This document shows positions 40,256 to 50,683 of a stretch of DNA of 64,000 nt, piece after piece. The notes below the pieces were generated by a model. It ran no database searches and was not told the DNA's origin. It saw nothing but the letters and a program-made list of their open reading frames with translations. The stretch's first letter is position 1. Each line of letters opens with the position of its first letter. Location: positions 512,001 through 576,000 of the forward strand of contig OY761158.1 in the NCBI GenBank assembly GCA_963664405.1, in the 5' to 3' direction. Made by a program: the position numbers and the translations under genes. Source of the DNA: Thermoanaerobaculia bacterium (GTDB lineage: Bacteria; Acidobacteriota; Thermoanaerobaculia; Multivoradales; Multivoraceae).

Positions 40256-42373
40256 CTACGAGTGCGCGATCGCGACGACGCTGGGAACCCGCTCTAACAC
40301 GAGCTTCGAAGCTCTCAGAGCGTTACCACTATCCAGCGGCTCGAAACTCTCATCGAGAATCGTAAGACCTTCGTTCTGAAGAAGCGTTCGCGCCAGAAAG
40401 ACCCGGTTTCGCTCACCATGAGAGAGCTGCCAACCGGTGTCACCCACCATCTGAAAAATCCCTGCAGGCATTCGCTCGATTAGCTCGCCAAGACCGAGCT
40501 CGCGACACACCTGTTCCGCCTCAGCAATGTCTGAAGGCAACGCCGGCCATCGGCGGCCCATCAAGAGATTGAAGGCGAGGCTCTCGCTGAGGATGTGGTT
40601 CTCGTGGAATTGAGGAGCCAAGACGACCTGGCGGCGCCAACGCTTCACGCCGGTACTGTGCTGATCGAGCCCCCCAAGCAATAGAAGGCCCGAGTCCGGG
40701 CGACGCAAGCCTGCCAGGAGCGCAGCCAGGGTGGACTTGCCTCCGCCCGAAGGCCCCTGCAACAAAATACGGTCTCCCTCTCTGACTTCCACGTCACAAG
40801 AGTGGAGTACCGCCTCTGGCCGACCCGGGTAGGAGAAGCTCAGATCTCGGGCCTCCAAGAGCTTCCCATCCGCCGGTCTGTCACCCACCACGACACCTGG
40901 CGCACTCGGTAGCTGGGGTCGCGCGGCGGCGGCGAAGATCTCTCGAACGCTCCGCCACGCCACGACGGCGCCGAAGAGCTGCGCCATGCCCGCTGCGATC
41001 GACAGCAAGGCCCTGTAGGTGAGCAACACTCCACCAAGACCTATGGCAACCCGTACTAGAGTGACCTCGCCCGCCACCATGCTGGGGGCGAGCCCAAGAA
41101 CGCCTATCACCAGCCAACCGCGAGGTACGAGCGCGCCGAGCGCGGCGGTAACCCGATCGAGACCCACCGAGTGGCGAAGGTAGGCCTCGAGCTCCTGATC
41201 CTCCTGATCATGCCAGTGCGCCCTTCCCTCCTGGGCGAGGCGAGTCCGATACCCAAGCATGTTCTCGACCAATTGATGAGTAAGCTCGAGACGCGCCGAA
41301 GTCCACTGCTCTCGACAGCGAAAGTAAAACCAGCCGAGGCCGGCGGTCACTCCCAGCCACAACAGGAGCAACAGAACATGGAGAGCGCCGCCCGCGCCCT
41401 CGGCCAAAACGAAGGACGCCATCAGCACTTCGATGCTGCCAAAGAACAGCAGGAATCCCCCGCCGAGCGCAAGCGACTCCAGCGCCTCCGACTCCAAGAC
41501 CTTGCCGAGCAGCTCACCAGCTCCCTGATGGCGAATCTCCTCGGGCTCGAGCCGCATCGCGCCAGCAAGCAGTCTCTGCTTGAGGGCTCCCCCCGCTCGA
41601 ACGGAGATCTCGCCCTGCAGCCAGGTACTCCACATCCGCAGCGGCACCAGACTAAAGAGAATGAGCACCCAAGCGGTCAGCCAGCCACGGTCGATATGCC
41701 CCTGTAAGGCAGCACGTCCCACGATCCACCAAGACAGCATGTACATGGCGTATTGGGCAGCATGGGCAACGCCAAGGGCCACAGAGCGCCCGACAACACC
41801 CATACGCGAGAGTCGGCGGCGAAACGAAGAGCCAGCTGGGGCGCGCAGCATCCATATACTGCCTAAACGCTGCGAGGCCAGACGCTGCCGCAAGATCTCT
41901 TTCCTTGCCCGCTCCTCGTCTTTCGCCGCCACCCCCGCACTGCGAAGGAACGCCCTGACTTCACCGTCGAGAGGATCCTCGAGGCGCGCGCAGATCCAGC
42001 CCGCCACAGTTTCCGCCGGCACTCGCTCGATCGCGAGGTCGGGGCTCAGCAACAAGGCTCTGCCACGGCGTGAGCCAAGCAGGGCCAGGAAGCGAAACTC
42101 CTGATCGACTCGCAGCCGCAGAACAGCCGGACCGCCTCGCCGAAGGAAGAGCTCGACCTCGGGGTAAGTTACTTGTGTAGCCTCGGCGTCGACACCGAGC
42201 CACTCACAAGCGGTCTCGGTCCACAACGCTACTTCCGCCGCGTCGTCAGGGTTGAAAGAAGCGGGAGGGTCCTCGACCTTCTGGCGCGAGAGCCCAGATC
42301 GAAAGGTCATCTCGCGAAGAAGCTCTCCGAGCCTTGCCGCCGGCCACGTCGCCTCCCAGGGGCCGACGATCAC
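40256..42373 (-). CDS. ABC exporter subunit (N-terminal domain without a recognisable C39 Cys motif + TMD + NBD); partner of the PCAT
   Basis: Walker A GPSGGGKST, LSHGE, ILDES; GTG start at 42373 overlaps the reconstructed PCAT stop (GTGA). Confidence 0.85.
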   Translation of the reverse strand: MIVGPWEATWPAARLGELLREMTFRSGLSRQKVEDPPASFNPDDAAEVALWTETACEWLGVDAEATQVTYPEVELFLRRGGPAVLRLRVDQEFRFLALLGSRRGRALLLSPDLAIERVPAETVAGWICARLEDPLDGEVRAFLRSAGVAAKDEERARKEILRQRLASQRLGSIWMLRAPAGSSFRRRLSRMGVVGRSVALGVAHAAQYAMYMLSWWIVGRAALQGHIDRGWLTAWVLILFSLVPLRMWSTWLQGEISVRAGGALKQRLLAGAMRLEPEEIRHQGAGELLGKVLESEALESLALGGGFLLFFGSIEVLMASFVLAEGAGGALHVLLLLLWLGVTAGLGWFYFRCREQWTSARLELTHQLVENMLGYRTRLAQEGRAHWHDQEDQELEAYLRHSVGLDRVTAALGALVPRGWLVIGVLGLAPSMVAGEVTLVRVAIGLGGVLLTYRALLSIAAGMAQLFGAVVAWRSVREIFAAAARPQLPSAPGVVVGDRPADGKLLEARDLSFSYPGRPEAVLHSCDVEVREGDRILLQGPSGGGKSTLAALLAGLRRPDSGLLLLGGLDQHSTGVKRWRRQVVLAPQFHENHILSESLAFNLLMGRRWPALPSDIAEAEQVCRELGLGELIERMPAGIFQMVGDTGWQLSHGERNRVFLARTLLQNEGLTILDESFEPLDSGNALRASKLVLERVPSVVAIAHS

Positions 42374-42461
42374 CCCCGGCCCTCCTCCCCCGCGATCTCG
42401 CGCAACCCACCTCGCTCCAACCAAAGCCGGCGCTGTTACCGGCTACGAGAAAGCGCACTTA

Positions 42462-44466
42462 GGGTCGGCGCGGAAATAACTTCACATTATCGCCGGAGCG
42501 TGTGAGGCCGAGGCGCCACAGGGCGGTCGCTGCATTGGAGGTGGTGGTGAGCTGAGCCCAGGCTGTGGGGCAAGCTCTTCCTGCTCGGTTCGCGGTCTCG
42601 GCGAGAGGGTGTAGTTCCACTTTCCTAGGAAGTCGCTCCTGGCCACCGCGAGCTGCAGCATTTCCTTGTCCGATACCCTGACTCCTTTCTGGTATTGGCG
42701 TTGATCACGGCACGGCTCGACGCGCAGTCCGGTGGATGTCGTCGTGTTGCGGACGAGGTTGACGAGGATCTCGAAACTCTCGAGAGGAACTCCGGCCCAG
42801 TTCTTGCTGATCTCGCTGAACATCCTGTGCTCGATGGGATTCCATTTACTGGTGCCAGTTGGATAGTGGGCGACGGTGATGATGAGGCCGCACTTGTCTA
42901 CGAGCTTCTCCTGGAGGTACTTCTTCCAGGCTCGAAGCCGTGCGCCGTTGCTTGCGCCGCTGTCGGCAAGAATGAGGAGACGCTGAGACGCCGGATAGTG
43001 AGATCGACCGTATTTGAGCCACCAGGTCGCGATGCTGTTGACAGCGAACTCCGGCGTGTCCGACGACTGTCCGAGGACGAGAACGCCGAAGTTCCTCTGA
43101 AGATCGTAGATCCCATAGGGGGAGGCGATGGCGAGAGCTTCGGACCGGAAGTCGTGATCCTTGACCCGCTTGGCCTCGCGGCACCATGTCTGTCCCTGGT
43201 TCTTGAACCGACCGATCAGCTCCTTCTTCTTCGTATCGACGCTGATGATCGGGTCGCCAGCGCTTGTGAAATCCTCGCGCAGTCGCTTGATGGCCTTGAA
43301 CTGTGCATCACGATCTGGGGAGTTCCCCGAAGACAGACATTTCCTATTGCTCTTGAGGGAATAGTTCAGGTCTGCGAGCAATCGACGCACCACCGTAGCC
43401 GATACGATGATGTCAAGGCGTTCGGCAAGGCATTGGGCCACCTTTGCAGCGGTCTCGTGCGTCCATCTTTTTGATGACATGGGATCACCAGCTATATCGG
43501 CCTCGAGTATGGAATGGATTCCATCGACTATCTCGGGCGTTTTTTTTCCACTCGTTGGTTGCCACCGCCTGCTCTTCGAACTCTTCCGCGCTCCACGGAG
43601 CCGCCGAAGAGCTCGCGACGTCCTTTTGCGACTGTATGAGGGTCCAGGTCCAGAAGATCGGCGATCTTCCGGTCGCCGCCATGCCCGAGCTTGGTCGCTT
43701 CCAGGCCAGCGAAGAGCCGCCGCTGGCGTTCGTCTAGCAGGCTGAAGAATAAAACGATGGCAGCCCTGAGCTCCTCGGGGAGCACTTCTGGAACGAGGCT
43801 GGCAGCTACATCCTGGAGAGCCTGCCGTTCGTTGCGCATCAGCTTCTGCTGACGACGGCGCCCTGTTTCCGAGCACAAGTATACGAACCTCTTCCCAACT
43901 CTGGATCGTACGATTCTCTTGCGACGAACGAGGTGCAACATCGCGTGCTTGACCTCGACCTGCAGCAGGAGCTCGAGTTCAGAAGCCGTATAGCCGGCAG
44001 CGGACCGGTCCACGGCAGCCACCGCAGTTTCGAGGAGGCTGCCATGCCGACTGAACCTCGCCGAACCGCACGACCACAAACCCAGATCGTCGAAATCGGG
44101 AATCTCGTTCAAGGTATAGAACCGCCCTCGATCCGAGTAGCTGGCCAAATAGCCCAATCGAGACAGCGAACGGTAGACCGTCATGGTGGCTCGGGTTCCC
44201 ATGGCGTCCTTGAGCTCATCCATGGTGGCCATCTGTTCGCTCATCAAGAGCTCGCGCACTGTTGCATCACGATCTTCGGCTCGTACCATTTGGTATAGTT
44301 CCCCTTCCAAAAGAGGTGACAGGGAAAACTATACCAAATGCGGGCAGGGCTATGCTAGCTCTAAACCTTGCAAACAAGGCGCGTACCGGAGGATTATGCG
44401 GTGGCTGAAGAAGGGGGCAGTGGTATGGTCACCCCAGATACTGGAAACTTATTTCCGCGCCGACCC
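42462..44466 (-). mobile_element. ISAzo13-family IS (2005 bp)
   Basis: 18-bp perfect IR GGGTCGGCGCGGAAATAA; 3-bp TSD TTA at 42459-42461 and 44467-44469. Confidence 0.88.
42482..44310 (-). CDS. ISAzo13 transposase in two frames (43528-44310 and 42482-~43545) joined at an A8 tract
   Basis: LDERQRRLFAG in frame A; ISVDTKKKELIG, ADSGASN and SKWNPIEHRMFS in frame B; GGAAAAAAAAC at 43540-43547 (minus strand). Confidence 0.82.
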
Positions 44467-44469
44467 TTA

Positions 44470-44807
44470 GTTGGCTGCGAGTCGGTTTTTTGTCCCCGCG
44501 AGGCGTGACTCAGGGTGTGGCGCAGATAGTCGAGGTACCCCTCGGGGGGTGGCGTCGTGGGGAGTTCTCGGAGGATGGGGAGAAAGTAGGCGAGGGATCG
44601 GATGGGCTGGAGCTTTGGTAGGCGCGGATCTCGGCATGCGCGTCGGGCGGAGCCGAGGAGGAGGGCGGCCTGGAGGACGGTGAGAGGCAGGTCTTGGTCG
44701 AAGAGCTGGTCGACGATGACGCGGTCGCCGTGGTGGAAGCGGTGCGGGGTGTCGGGAAGGAGTCGATAGAGGCGGAGGAGCTGGCGCCGATAGTGGCTTC
44801 GGGTCAT
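44470..44807 (-). CDS. IS accessory protein (homolog of 28839-29186); the ORF now reads through into ISAzo13
   Basis: LRLYRLLPDT...AALLLGSARR...PIRSLAYFLPILRE...GYLDYL; ATGA overlap with istB. Confidence 0.7.
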
Positions 44808-45598
44808 GAGCGTCGTCGTGCTGCGCTCCGCCTTTTGGCGCGGTCCTTGGCCTTTTTTTCAGCAGCCTCCTTGGCCTCCTTGCGGCGATAGGAGTTAGCC
44901 TCGATCTTGACGATCTCGGCGTGGTGGGTGAGTCGATCGACGAGAGTGACGACGCAGGAGGCGTTGGGAAAGACCTCGGCCCATTCGGCGAAGGGCTTGT
45001 TGGTGGTGAGAAGAATGGGCTTGTTGCCGTATCTCCTGGAGACGACCTCGAAGAGGAGATCCGCGTGGCGGTGGTCGTAGGAGAGATAGCCGAGCTCATC
45101 GATTGCCAAAAGCGAGGGTCGGGTGTATTTGGAGAGCCTTCTCTGGAGCGCCGAGGGGGTTTCCTGGACGGCGAGATCGTTGAGCATGTCGGAGGCGGTG
45201 ACGAAGCTGGCGGTGGCCCCTCGTTGCAGCGCCTGGTAGAGGAGGTTCTTGGCAATCATGGTCTTGCCGACACCGTTGGGTCCGAGGAGGATGACGTTGG
45301 TGATGTCGTCGAGGAATTGGAGGGTGAGCAGATCCTGGATCTGCTCGCGGTCGATGCGCTGGGGCCAGGAGAAGTCGAAGTCGGCGATGCTCTTGAAGAG
45401 CCCGACGCGGCTGGTGCGGATGCGCCGTTCGAGGCTGCGCCGTTTGCGCTCGGCCTCTTCTTTGCGCAGCAGCTGTTCGAGCCAGGGCTGTTCTCGGTAG
45501 GTGCCCCAGTCGTCGACGAGGGCGTAGAAGCCGAGGGATCGGGCGAGCTCTCGTAGTGGTTCGTCAGGGATCGTTGGACTCTTCCTGGGTCGGGCCAT
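44804..45598 (-). CDS. istB: IS21-family helper ATPase IstB
   Basis: FDFSW, GPNGVGKT, LAIDELGY and DRLTHH motifs. Confidence 0.92.
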   Translation of the reverse strand: MARPRKSPTIPDEPLRELARSLGFYALVDDWGTYREQPWLEQLLRKEEAERKRRSLERRIRTSRVGLFKSIADFDFSWPQRIDREQIQDLLTLQFLDDITNVILLGPNGVGKTMIAKNLLYQALQRGATASFVTASDMLNDLAVQETPSALQRRLSKYTRPSLLAIDELGYLSYDHRHADLLFEVVSRRYGNKPILLTTNKPFAEWAEVFPNASCVVTLVDRLTHHAEIVKIEANSYRRKEAKEAAEKKAKDRAKRRSAARRRS

Positions 45599-47072
45599 CG
45601 TCGTTGCCTCCAAGTTGGTCGTAGTCCTCGAGGTTGTGCGGTCTCACGGAGAGATCTCGCTGTTGGAGCTCCTGGCTGAGCGGCACCGGTAAAGCCGGGG
45701 GCTGACCGAGGCCGCGCTGGTGCCGTTCGAGTAGGAGCCGGACGGACTGGAATCGCGGTGCGTGGTTCAGGAGCGCTTCGCGCACGGCTTTGTCGAGTCG
45801 CTGGGGGCCGTACTGGCGCAGGAGTCGGAGCAGGCCGGCGGTCTGCGTTCCGAGGTTCTCGCCTCGCTCGGCGAGCTGCTGCATCAGCTCTTCGCATCGA
45901 GGCACAGCGGAAAACAGCCGATGGAAGCCCCGGTGTCGTCGGGCCCTGCGTTTGTGAGCGAGGAGCTCCTCGAGGTGTTGAGGATCGAGGATCTGCTCGC
46001 CCCGGGAGTACGAGCGAGGGTGCTCGGCGAGGAGCTCCTGGCCATCGAGGATCCGCACCCGATGCTCGCTGGCGAGGAGCGTGACGGTCCTCTGCACATG
46101 ACTGTGCGGCACCGAGTAGTCGTTGAGGTCGAAGCGCACGATCGGCGTCTTTCTGACCTTGATCTCCAGTCGCAGGTCGGTTTCGAAGTCGTCTCCGGGA
46201 AGCTCAAGCAGTCGAGGTCGTTCCTGGGCCAGGGCGCTTTTCACGGTTCGCTGTCGGTCCTGCGGCCAGGGTCTGCGCTGCGACCTCTGGCACCATTCCA
46301 GGACCTGCCGATTCAGACGATCCAAATCGCTCACCGTTCGGGCGCCGAAGAACGAGCTTCGCAGGAAGCGGATTGCGCGCTCGACGCGGCCTTTCTCATT
46401 TCCCCGAGCCACCGCGGCGACGGTGGGAAGGAAGCCGTAGTGGCTGGCGAAATCGAGCAGCACGGGATGGAAGCGCACCGCGGTTCCCTGCCGCTCGATC
46501 ACCGCGGTTCGCAGGTTGTCGTACAGAACGGTCCTGACGACGCCGTCGACGTAGTGGAAGGCCAGCTGGTGAGCGTGCAAGAAGGTTTCGAGACGAGTGT
46601 CGAGGGTGAAGTGCACGAAGACCGTGCGCGAGAACGACAGCACGAAGACGAAGGCATAGAGCCGACGATGTGCCCGGCCGACGCGGAGCCGACCGAAGTG
46701 GCCCCAGTCGACCTGCGCCTGCTCTCCTGGCAGCATGCGCAGCGAGAGAAACGCCTCGCGCTGGGGCTTCGGTCGCATCGAGGCCACCAGGTGGCGAAAC
46801 TGATCCGGGCCTCCTGGATAGCCGCGCTCCACCACCATGGTGTAGAGACGGCTCGCCGGCAGTCGTGGGTAGGTCCCGAGCACCTGCTCGATGAACGGCA
46901 GGTAAGGATCGATCATCCTCCCTCGTCGCTGCTGGGGTAGCACGCCGGACTTCTCCAGCGCCCGGCGCACGGTTGAGGGGTGCAGCTGTAGCTGTCGAGC
47001 GATCGTGCCGACTTTCCACTTCTCGACCAGGAACAGACGACGGATCTCCCCGCGCAGCTGTGCGTCGATCAC
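45564..47072 (-). CDS. istA: IS21-family transposase IstA
   Basis: PGEQAQVDWG, YDN and NEKGRVER DDE pattern; N-terminal HTH. Confidence 0.92.
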   Translation of the reverse strand: MIDAQLRGEIRRLFLVEKWKVGTIARQLQLHPSTVRRALEKSGVLPQQRRGRMIDPYLPFIEQVLGTYPRLPASRLYTMVVERGYPGGPDQFRHLVASMRPKPQREAFLSLRMLPGEQAQVDWGHFGRLRVGRAHRRLYAFVFVLSFSRTVFVHFTLDTRLETFLHAHQLAFHYVDGVVRTVLYDNLRTAVIERQGTAVRFHPVLLDFASHYGFLPTVAAVARGNEKGRVERAIRFLRSSFFGARTVSDLDRLNRQVLEWCQRSQRRPWPQDRQRTVKSALAQERPRLLELPGDDFETDLRLEIKVRKTPIVRFDLNDYSVPHSHVQRTVTLLASEHRVRILDGQELLAEHPRSYSRGEQILDPQHLEELLAHKRRARRHRGFHRLFSAVPRCEELMQQLAERGENLGTQTAGLLRLLRQYGPQRLDKAVREALLNHAPRFQSVRLLLERHQRGLGQPPALPVPLSQELQQRDLSVRPHNLEDYDQLGGNDDGPTQEESNDP

Positions 47073-47076
47073 GCCC

Positions 47077-47472
47077 CTATCTCCGTCGGCAACGACGAAA
47101 GCTCGTTCGCACAAACTCTCGGCAGGCCTCTCCACACTGCATGCATCGCGGATTCCTCGGGTCGTAGCGCACTTCGCGCCTCGGAGTCTCGATCCGACAC
47201 AGTGTCCTCCCCGAAGTACCGCCTGGGGTACCCTGATGCGTCACTTTCTCTGCCCGCTCGCGCTGGCGCCGACGGTAGCGGGCCTGACGGGCGGCATGAC
47301 AATGCCGACCTCGGAGGCTTCGCTGGTACCGATGGCCGGCCGCCCGAGTCGATTCCCGACGAGCCACCAGAGCACAAGCCCGGCAGTAACGCTGGCCACG
47401 GTCACAGTGCGAGCACAGCGAGATACGCCGACGGCATCGAGCACAGTCGAAGAGTCGGTAGTCCGGTCGCAT
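47077..47472 (-). CDS. IS accessory Cys-rich (zinc-ribbon-like) protein
   Basis: CARC...CSHCDRGQRYCRAC...CMQC; lies directly upstream of istA. Confidence 0.65.
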   Translation of the reverse strand: MRPDYRLFDCARCRRRISLCSHCDRGQRYCRACALVARRESTRAAGHRYQRSLRGRHCHAARQARYRRRQRERAEKVTHQGTPGGTSGRTLCRIETPRREVRYDPRNPRCMQCGEACREFVRTSFRRCRRR

Positions 47473-47769
47473 CGTCGCCTCCCATTCGACGACGACCCCG
47501 ACTCTCTGCCATACTGCAAGCGCAGCTAATGCTGCGGTTTGGGGCAGAGCCCGGGGCGTTTTCTACTTCGCTTTCCCGGGCTCTCGCCGTCTCTGGTCGG
47601 CCTGCTCTATCAGAGCAGAGCCCGCACTGCAAAGCCCTACACCGACTCACGCATCTCTTCCGACCGCAAACACGCCGCCGGGACCACGCACCCGGACCGC
47701 CGTTCCGGCGGGATGATGCCGCCCTTCCTGAAGAAGGCCTAGCTTTCCCGCGGTCGCGAAGCCCTCAGC

Positions 47770-50478
47770 TCACTCCATCCCGGAAACTGCGCTCGCAGCC
47801 AACGGGATGCGCTTTCTCGCAGCCATCAACAGGCGCCAACGAGCACCCGACCACATCTCATTCCGTGCCACCTCGTCCGCCGTGAGCAACGCGGCGTAAC
47901 GACTCTCCGGCTGTCGCGCCAACTCCTCCGGCTTCCCCTGCTCAACAACTCGGCCACTTTCCATCACCAGCACTTTGTCGAACGCCAGAGTCTGCCGCAT
48001 GTCATGGGTGACGTAGAGCAGCGTCGCACCACTCCACAGTGCCCTACAACGCTGCAAGAGAAGGTTTCGATCGTGTCGATCAACCCCTCGAAATGGCTCG
48101 TCAAGCACGACGAGGCGCGCCTCGGGCCTCATCATGCCGCGCCCCAGCCGCACCCGCTGGCCCTCTCCTCCCGACACCAACCCTCCGCCTTCGCCGAGGG
48201 TGGTCTGCATGCCGTCGGGCAAGCTCTCGAGGACCTCCTTCAGCAACGCCGCTTCGATGACTCCACCGAACCCCTCCCGACGCGCGCTGTAACGAAGGTT
48301 CTCTACCAAAGAGCGATTCCAGATCCTCACACCCGGATCGACCCACGCGGTATCGGCGCGAAGGCGCTCGAGCCTGGCAGGGCCGAGCGGAGCATCATCG
48401 ACGAGCAGCTCGCCGGTGGCCGGCCGATACCAGCCGAGAAGAAGCCCCACCAGAGTCGATTTCCCAGAGCCCGACGGCCCGACAATCGCCACGTGCTCGC
48501 CCGCTTGCACCTCGGTCTGAACGTCACGCAAGATCGGGTGCCCGCCGACCACGACGCCAAGCTCACGCATCCCGATCGTAATCCCTCCACCGAGGCGGCC
48601 CTCCACAACATCCTCGGCGCCCGCATCCTCCTCAGGAGTCGACGCACCCAAGGGCTCGAGCAACCTCAGAGCGACATTGCGCTGCCACGGGTACCGACTC
48701 CACAAGGCGGCGATCTCCTGAGCCAGGGCCGGCAAGCTCAAGGCCCAATAGACGAGTAAGAGTACGGTGCCTGCCGATGCGGAACGCTGCAAATGGGACA
48801 GAACAAGAACGACCACCAGTCCAAAACCGACAAACTGCTGAAGTCCCTGGAGTGAGGCGATCAGGCGCTGCAGCCGAAAACCGGCTCGAGACCACTCACT
48901 GACCAGGATCTCGTGCTCTCTTTGCACCACACTCTCCGCCGAGTGAGCGCGGACCGCGACAAGGCCAAGCAGGCCGTCCAGGTAGAAGCGCGTCAGCGCG
49001 CCGGCGTGACTGCGCAAACGAAGATCGCGCTCAACCAGAGAGCGGTGCGCTAGGAGTGGAATTGCCAACGCTGCTACCGCGGCTCCGATCGCCCATGGCG
49101 CGCTGCGTGGGTCGAGCCAGATGATCCCGGCGGTCACCAGCACCAGCTCGAAGCTGGCCCTCAGGAGCTGGCCGACCAGAGGCGTCACATTACGCAGCTG
49201 ATGAATGGCGTGGCTGCGCTCAGCCATGTCCGAGCTCAAGCGGCTCGAAAAGTAACGCTCGCCCAAGGCGGGCAACTTGCGTAAGAAAGCGATCCGCAGG
49301 CGCAGCTCGAGGCGACGACCCAGACGCAATAGACCCTGCGCAACCGGAAAATCCAGTAGCAGCAGAAGGAAGGCCAGAGAGCCGACCGCCAACACAGCGC
49401 CAAGGCGCTGCACCGAAAGTTCCAGCTGAAGCCCGAGATCAAGTACCGACCGCAGTAGCAAAGCTTCGAGCAATACCCCGCCCGCCGCCACCGCGGTCGC
49501 GCCGATCAGCACCGAAGGCGCCAGCAAACCGTCCTCGCGTAGAAGCTCCAAGAGCTTCCGTCCCGGACTCGCTCCGGTCTCACGGAGGGTGGCTAAGACA
49601 CTCTCTGGGGCGACACCCGCGGCCTCGCCCCGCGACTCTCCCGCATTTGCGCCCGCCCCCTTCTCGCCGTCTCGACGTCCTTTGATCCTGACCAGTAGCG
49701 ATCCGACAAGAGCAAGATCGCCGCTCTGACCGTCAGCCCCAGCCTTCGCGGTCGCGGGCCTCACCGACCAATAGGTTTCCGGAACCTCCTCGGCACGCGC
49801 GCCTTCGAGAGCCGCCAGAGCCTGGCTACCTGCGTCGAGTCCCCCGGCCCTCACCAGTGCATCAACCATACGAGTGGACGCATCAAGCAGTGCGATCGAC
49901 TTCCAGCTCTCATCTTCGAAAGCATGATCCACGATCTGCGCCCCGCCGCCCTTGGCCACCCCGACCCGATCCAGACGCCGCGTAAGCGCCCCTACGAACT
50001 CATCCGACTCGGTCCACTGTCGCCAACCCTCGCTCGGAACCACGAACTCATGGGCGTAGACCTCTTCGAGAAAGTCTCTCGCATGCACCCAGCGGCGGCC
50101 GATGGACGGGTCCATGACCTGAAGGTACGAGCCATGGCGCCGCCATGCCACAACGAAGTGAGTAGACCCGTTGGGTAGGCTGGTCACAACGATGGCAGGC
50201 AGCGCGCGGGCCTCGGGAATCAACAGGTGATCGCGGGGCACCATCACCTGCTCGGCATCGAGCCCGAGACTGCAGGCCAATTCTTCGAGAGTGTCGATCG
50301 AAGTGCCGTCGACATCGGTCTGGCAGGCCTCGCGGAGGCGGCCATAGCTAGCGTCAATGCCGTAGCCCCCCAGAATTGCCTTGAGCACCGCAGGACCGCA
50401 GTCCATGGCGGAGCTCTGGATTACTTCGGGGACAACAAGCTTCCGGCTTTGAGACTTTGGCAGTCGGGCTACCATCAA
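47770..50478 (-). CDS. Peptidase-containing ABC transporter (PCAT; C39 peptidase + TMD + NBD); last 20 aa come from the IS end
   Basis: QSSAMDCG (catalytic Cys), THFVV (His), VMDP (Asp); GPSGSGKST, VSGGE, VLDEP and VTHD. Confidence 0.92.
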   Translation of the reverse strand: MMVARLPKSQSRKLVVPEVIQSSAMDCGPAVLKAILGGYGIDASYGRLREACQTDVDGTSIDTLEELACSLGLDAEQVMVPRDHLLIPEARALPAIVVTSLPNGSTHFVVAWRRHGSYLQVMDPSIGRRWVHARDFLEEVYAHEFVVPSEGWRQWTESDEFVGALTRRLDRVGVAKGGGAQIVDHAFEDESWKSIALLDASTRMVDALVRAGGLDAGSQALAALEGARAEEVPETYWSVRPATAKAGADGQSGDLALVGSLLVRIKGRRDGEKGAGANAGESRGEAAGVAPESVLATLRETGASPGRKLLELLREDGLLAPSVLIGATAVAAGGVLLEALLLRSVLDLGLQLELSVQRLGAVLAVGSLAFLLLLLDFPVAQGLLRLGRRLELRLRIAFLRKLPALGERYFSSRLSSDMAERSHAIHQLRNVTPLVGQLLRASFELVLVTAGIIWLDPRSAPWAIGAAVAALAIPLLAHRSLVERDLRLRSHAGALTRFYLDGLLGLVAVRAHSAESVVQREHEILVSEWSRAGFRLQRLIASLQGLQQFVGFGLVVVLVLSHLQRSASAGTVLLLVYWALSLPALAQEIAALWSRYPWQRNVALRLLEPLGASTPEEDAGAEDVVEGRLGGGITIGMRELGVVVGGHPILRDVQTEVQAGEHVAIVGPSGSGKSTLVGLLLGWYRPATGELLVDDAPLGPARLERLRADTAWVDPGVRIWNRSLVENLRYSARREGFGGVIEAALLKEVLESLPDGMQTTLGEGGGLVSGGEGQRVRLGRGMMRPEARLVVLDEPFRGVDRHDRNLLLQRCRALWSGATLLYVTHDMRQTLAFDKVLVMESGRVVEQGKPEELARQPESRYAALLTADEVARNEMWSGARWRLLMAARKRIPLAASAVSGME

Positions 50479-50683
50479 AAACCTCCCCTGAGCGGGAGAC
50501 CCGCTTCCTCGGTCGCTTCCCAGGCACTCTAGAGGGGACTGCGGTGACTGTCAAACCCCGATGAAGAAAGAGATTTTCTGACTTCGAGCCAGGTGGAATC
50601 TTGGACAGCTCCGACGGCGCTGGGCTAAGATCGCCTCCGAGCTTCTTGACTACCCTTATACTGGCGTCAAGATCTAGTTAGCT

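Larger units (their letters stand above)
42434..47831 (-). mobile_element. IS21-family element with two accessory ORFs, carrying a nested ISAzo13
   Basis: IRs TGTTACCGGCTACGAGAAAGCGCA / TGTTGATGGCTGCGAGAAAGCGCA; 5-bp TSD GGCGC at 42429-42433 and 47832-47836. Confidence 0.9.

Noticed and set aside
40180-40256. Terminator between the peptide array and the convergent ABC gene
   Set aside because: Only an imperfect stem (GGGAC...GTCCC) with no clear U tract; too weak to call
42374-42424. Track start of the second ABC gene at 42424
   Set aside because: This stretch is the displaced 3' end of the PCAT gene; the GTGA overlap supports a start at 42373
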